A stretch of 64,000 nucleotides of DNA from contig CM082592.2 in assembly GCA_040954595.2 (NCBI GenBank), positions 9,535,677 to 9,599,676 on the forward strand, read 5' to 3'. This DNA comes from Balanoglossus misakiensis. Its lineage: Eukaryota; Animalia; Hemichordata. A model generated the notes under the pieces. The model did not search any database, was not told the DNA's origin, and saw only the letters and a program-made list of their open reading frames with translations. Shown here one piece after another: positions 53,262 to 64,000 of the stretch (positions are counted from its first letter, which is position 1; every line of letters begins with the position of its first letter). A program made the position numbers and the translations under genes.

Positions 53262-53389
53262 CAACCAATCAGCGGCGAGAACTTTGCTCTGACGCGTCTC
53301 AAGTCTCGCCACGTCACGTGACCCGCATCAGCGGCGAGAACATTGCTCTGACGCGTCTCAAGTCTCGTCACGTCGCGTGACCCGCATCA
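53262..53389. promoter_or_regulatory. CpG-rich promoter-like region with a 59-bp tandem duplication
   Basis: ATCAGCGGCGAGAAC.TTGCTCTGACGCGTCTCAAGTCTCG.CACGTC.CGTGACCCGC starts at 53268 and 53327. There is a CCAAT at 53265, an E-box GTCACGTGAC and CRE-like TGACG half-sites, directly upstream of a minus-strand first-exon donor. Confidence 0.6.
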
Positions 53390-54500
53390 AAAGTGCTGAC
53401 ACAGTTGCAAAAAATAATTCCAGCAAAGATAAGCTAAAATAAATAATTAGAATACATAAATGTAATTCTGTATGACTACATAAAATTACTTCAAGCACAT
53501 AAAAATTAATTCAAAGAAAAATAACATTTATTCTAGATGCTAGCAAAATTAATTCCAGTCTAAGTAAATTGATTCTCACACATTAAATCAATGAAACATA
53601 ATTTTGACCAGAACGGGCCCCCATAGTTAACCGTGGGTATCATTTATTAGGCCCACCAGCGATTCACGTAATTCCCCGAAATCTATTTATAGATTCCAAA
53701 TAATTAATGGTGTCCCCAAGTTGACTTTCCCGGTCCGTTTCCCTTGAATCAGACAATGAAATATCAGGCGGTGTTCATCCTCACTCAACGACAGACGCTA
53801 ATGCATCAAACGATATCCTCCTTAACGACATCAAAATTGGTGTTTGGAAATGTACCTTGTCTTTGTGACTTGTCACAGCCCATTTAGCAGAAAACAAACC
53901 GATAATTGGCAATTCGGTTTTGTGGTCTATACTCGCACAAAAATACATTGTATTCGTCGGCTGAGTCTGAACTGTATGTGGGCTGTTAGGTTGCAATTTA
54001 AGACTTTGTGCGGGGACACCGATTTGGTAAAAACAGAATATAGTGCGATGTCGATTCTCGATCTACAGTGACTGTCTATTCGGGATTCTACAAATATGTT
54101 AAAACGTCCATTATAATATAGTACTTCGCTAATGACCATAAAACGAGTCGACATTTGTCATGAAATAAAAAACTAAAAGAAACATTAATATTGAAATCAG
54201 CAGATGTCTTAAAATGCCGAATAAACGATTCTGACATTGTGCGGTACAGATTAATATAGTGTAAAATGTCTTATAAACTTTTTTGTATTGAGAAATTAGT
54301 GCAGATATTGTACAAATCAAGTCTGATATTCAAATGAAATAACCCTATGGAACGATATGTGTATTAAACTGGCGAATACGTTGCCACGGAAACGGAGTTC
54401 TTTAATGGAAAGTCCTGATTGGGAAATATAATTTCTGAGTATCTTCATTTCCCTCGTGACGTCATAACAATTATTGAGGGCGTCTCGTTCAATTCCCGGT

Positions 54501-55950
54501 TCACTCTTGACAAAGATAAAAACTCAGTTCTAGTAGAGAGCAGCCGTGTCCAAAGCAACATTGTCGAAGCAGTCCGCTCACGCCTCTTGGTTTATTCAAC
54601 GCCCCGAGAAAGTTAGCCAGTGGATTTTCGCCTGAATCGAAGAAGAAGAAAAAAAGAGAAAGATTAATGATCATTTTCGGTATCGTTTTAAGTGTTTATC
54701 ATATTTTATTGCAGTTCCTGGTGAGATAGACACCTGTCAGGAAATGACGCGCATGAGCGTGACATTTCAGGGTGAACACGTCATTTAATGACACTGAGGT
54801 AGAAGTTCTGGAAATAAAAATAAACTGCGATAACGATAGCAATTGGAACAGGTTTGAACCGTGATTGCTAATTCTTCACGAAATAACGTGACTTTGAAAC
54901 CCAACAAATGTTTAAAAAATATGAAAACACATATACATAGCTGACCACGCCAAAAGAAAAGCCCATGGCTTTATAAATTGTGACCATATGTCGAGATCTA
55001 CACCTTGTGCTAGATTATAGAGTGTTGTTTTCTTGTACATGACATTTTTTCTTTGACCTCGAAAACAATTAAGCATCGTTAGTTGATTTCTTTAAGTTGC
55101 GACCATATGTCGTATTCTTATTGTAGAGTGTTTGTTTCCTGTCCACGCCTTGTTTTGCCTTGGCCTCGAAAACGATTACGCTATGCATGAAGAAGCGACA
55201 AAATTGCCAGGTGTTACAATGCCAGGAAGAGACTTTCTGCTTATTTGTTCAGAGGCTTAATTTGTCAAATACGGATAAACGCGCGCACGGAGCCCTTGTT
55301 CATATGTGGCCGTAGTTTGTGAATAACCCTATAGTATAGTATTATGCCTTCCCTTTGCGTCTAATAGCTGACGAGAGTAAAAGAGACACTGAAACCAACC
55401 AGTGACAAGCGCAATTGGTTTCTTTAATGATACACACGTCATTAAAACCGATGTTGGAAAAAATATATACCCAGTGAGTAGAGGATTAATTGGAATGTTT
55501 GATACGTCAATTTGTGATATATTTAGTTAATGAGGCAAAGTCGACTGATTCTCCAGTTCTGTATTTCTTCTGTAAACTCCAGTTTAGTGTCCTTTTAAGG
55601 CTGATTCGAGACAAGCTTGAGTTTGAATTTTATCGTTCACAAGAAGGTTAGTAGTTTCACATGGATACTTGTTAAACGTGAGTTTTGCTTTCAAGACAAC
55701 GGGCAGAGAACTTCACGATTTTTGAGACCAAAGCCCAATACTTACAGTTTTCCTCGATGAGACGCCCGCAGACATCAAAAACTGTGCTGACAAGTTCCTG
55801 CCCGCAGAGGACCACTCGTTTGCATGCGTACCTGTCGTCCACCACCCCGCCGTACCTTCTCGCCATGGACGGCTGAAAGTTCAGTAACACCACCACCGCA
55901 GCGAGTAACAGTGCCGCGAAATGTTGCCGGCGGCCGTTGCCTGTCGACAT
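54501..55950 (-). CDS. Insulin-like peptide precursor, 111 aa; join(55950-55746, 54631-54501)
   Basis: The first coding exon encodes a signal peptide (MSTGNGRRQHFAALLLAAVVVLLNFQPSMA) and B chain (YACKRVVLCGQELVSTVFDVCG) and ends at phase-1 donor T|GTAAG. The second follows a long pyrimidine tract and CAG and encodes (C)ENPLANFLGALNKPRGVSGLLRQCCFGHGCSLLELSFYLCQE-TGA, an A-chain CC..C..C motif. The two exons join in frame. Confidence 0.88.
54978..55182. repeat. Diverged ~119-bp tandem duplication in the insulin-like gene intron
   Basis: TTG.GACCATATGTCG...TAGAGTGTT...TTG.CCTCGAAAAC.ATTA.GC starts at 54978 and 55097. Confidence 0.75.
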
Positions 55951-56255
55951 TCTGAAATCGGTAGCGCTCTTAGTCTTCTCGTGGTGTATACTTTTCCATT
56001 GCAGATTCCTGCTTTTAAAGATTAAAAATGAGCCCGTCACATCGCTTCGTGTCCAATTAGAATACATCCCTGTGATCATTGAGGAGGCGGCTGTAGATTG
56101 CGCGGGTGATGAACACGACTCCGTGGCTTATCGAAGCTAGGCGCAAAACAAAAGGTGAACCAGTTTCGTGGTTATCAATTGACATTTCAAAAATGACAGC
56201 TTACGTGTGTCGTCAGCTCTATCTGTTCCCGCTACAACGCGGTTTCCGTTTATGC
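55951..56255 (-). other. Candidate 5' UTR intron and non-coding first exon of the insulin-like gene
   Basis: Acceptor TTTCAG|A ATG lies 1 nt before the start codon, donor CAC|GTAAGC at 56204, and a TATA-like CATAAA at ~56249-56254. Confidence 0.45.
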
Positions 56256-57495
56256 GCGATATCTGCTGCACAGGGGGGCTCAGGTTCCCACTGAGGCAAG
56301 GTGGGTCCAGTTTTACCCAGCATGCCCTGCAGCAGACATTCCGGGAAGCGCGTCCAGCGGAGGAAATCGTATAAAGTATGAAATCAAGAGAAGATAGATC
56401 TTCAGCTGTCGGGCGATGTGCTCAATAAACATGACTAAGTGGTCGTTCAGAACAGAAATGACAGGTATACATATGTTGCCCATTAAAGTATGGACAACAG
56501 TGTACTAAACATGGTGAAATAAATATTGTAGCTTGAAAGACCATTTACATGTAACATGTACATGTAGGGAGTGGTATGTGTTAACGTTACAGAGAACAGA
56601 TAAACGGAACATATGTGGCACAATTATTTGAAAGGGATTTCTCGGATGGCTTCTCGCAGCTTCAATCAGTAATATCACAAGGAACAGAAATCGATTTTTT
56701 AGTGGGAAGTCTCATTCTTCACGCACTAAGGAAACGAGTGTAAATTATGTATGTGTCTTGCTAAAGGACTTTGCTAGTCTGTTGGCAAGAACCACTTGTT
56801 ACATGTCATACTCAAGACGAGTTGAGTTTTTTGCCAGTTTTGTTTATTTAGCAACTTCATTTTTACAATTCTGAAAACCAATTATCTTCTAACCAATATA
56901 CATGTACATGCAAAGCAATCGAGCTGCCAAGGAGAACTTTATAGGCACCATCAATATAATAAAAAACTTTTCAATCTTTGTATTCATTAGAAAAGATGTA
57001 AGTTCATGGATTTTCTTTCATTGATTACAAAAATACACAGATTGCACATCAAATATTCCATCTGAAATTAACATAGCCTGGCTATGTTTAAATTGAAGAC
57101 CGGTGTCTCGTCGTTTTGCCTCCAAAACCACGAAGATCTGCATAGGGGAATGTCATCAACATGTTGTTTGTGCATGAAGGTGTACAAGGCAAATTATGCA
57201 AATTGGCACTTAAAGCAGTACTGTGTTGTTTCTTCCTCTGAAGAAAACTTTAAGATAAAAATGATTATTGAAAATTTGCAATGTGAAATACTCATGAAAA
57301 CCACAATTGCACATAACAACAATTTCAAGGTTTGGAATGGAAAAAAATAATAAAGCAGCATTTTTGTTGAAAATAATTTCGATAACATATTTCAGAATAA
57401 TGTCAAATAGTTTGTCACAATGCTCTTCTCACGAGAATTAACTCATAAATTAGAACAACGTCATGACAACGGACAAGAACTTCGAACCATCTGAA

Positions 57496-64000
<6,505 letters not shown>

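Larger units (their letters stand above)
49799..53625. mobile_element. Possible non-autonomous DNA element with TATGG...CCATA termini
   Basis: CTATGG at 49798 and CCATAG at 53621 show weak extended inverted similarity (tatgg..ctgg..aatta.gttt). Degenerate ~20-bp AT-rich subterminal repeats lie at 53410-53600. No transposase or TSD is visible. Confidence 0.3.

Noticed and set aside
55340-55392. Possible extra C-peptide exon of the insulin-like gene (SIRRKGK)
   Set aside because: A good acceptor is present but an in-frame TAA follows before any GT donor. It was left out of the model and kept only as a caveat.

Overview
Eukaryotic (animal, probably a marine invertebrate bilaterian; taxon not determinable from sequence alone) genomic DNA with short GT-AG introns. 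From left to right: the 3' part of a multi-exon GCN1 gene (+, ~37 exons, stop at 12251); a ~26 kb gene-poor interval containing an orphan CCAAT/TATA promoter with a first-exon splice donor, an (ATC)74 microsatellite, a MITE with a 9-bp TSD and a tRNA-Asn gene; an intronless aminergic-type class A GPCR (-); a second tRNA-Asn; an FBXO39-like F-box gene (-) preceded by a direct-plus-inverted repeat array; a ~3.8 kb TATGG...CCATA-bounded block with a duplicated promoter-like motif, paralogous apparently non-coding exons and a ~132-bp minisatellite; a split insulin-like peptide gene (-) with an unusual 8-Cys pattern whose A-chain exon is missing from the ORF track; and the 3' part of a sulfonylurea-receptor-like ABCC8/9 gene (-, ~24 exons). 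The most notable observation is the atypical insulin-like peptide lying about 1.5 kb downstream of the SUR gene on the same strand. All gene models were read by eye and none has been confirmed by a search.
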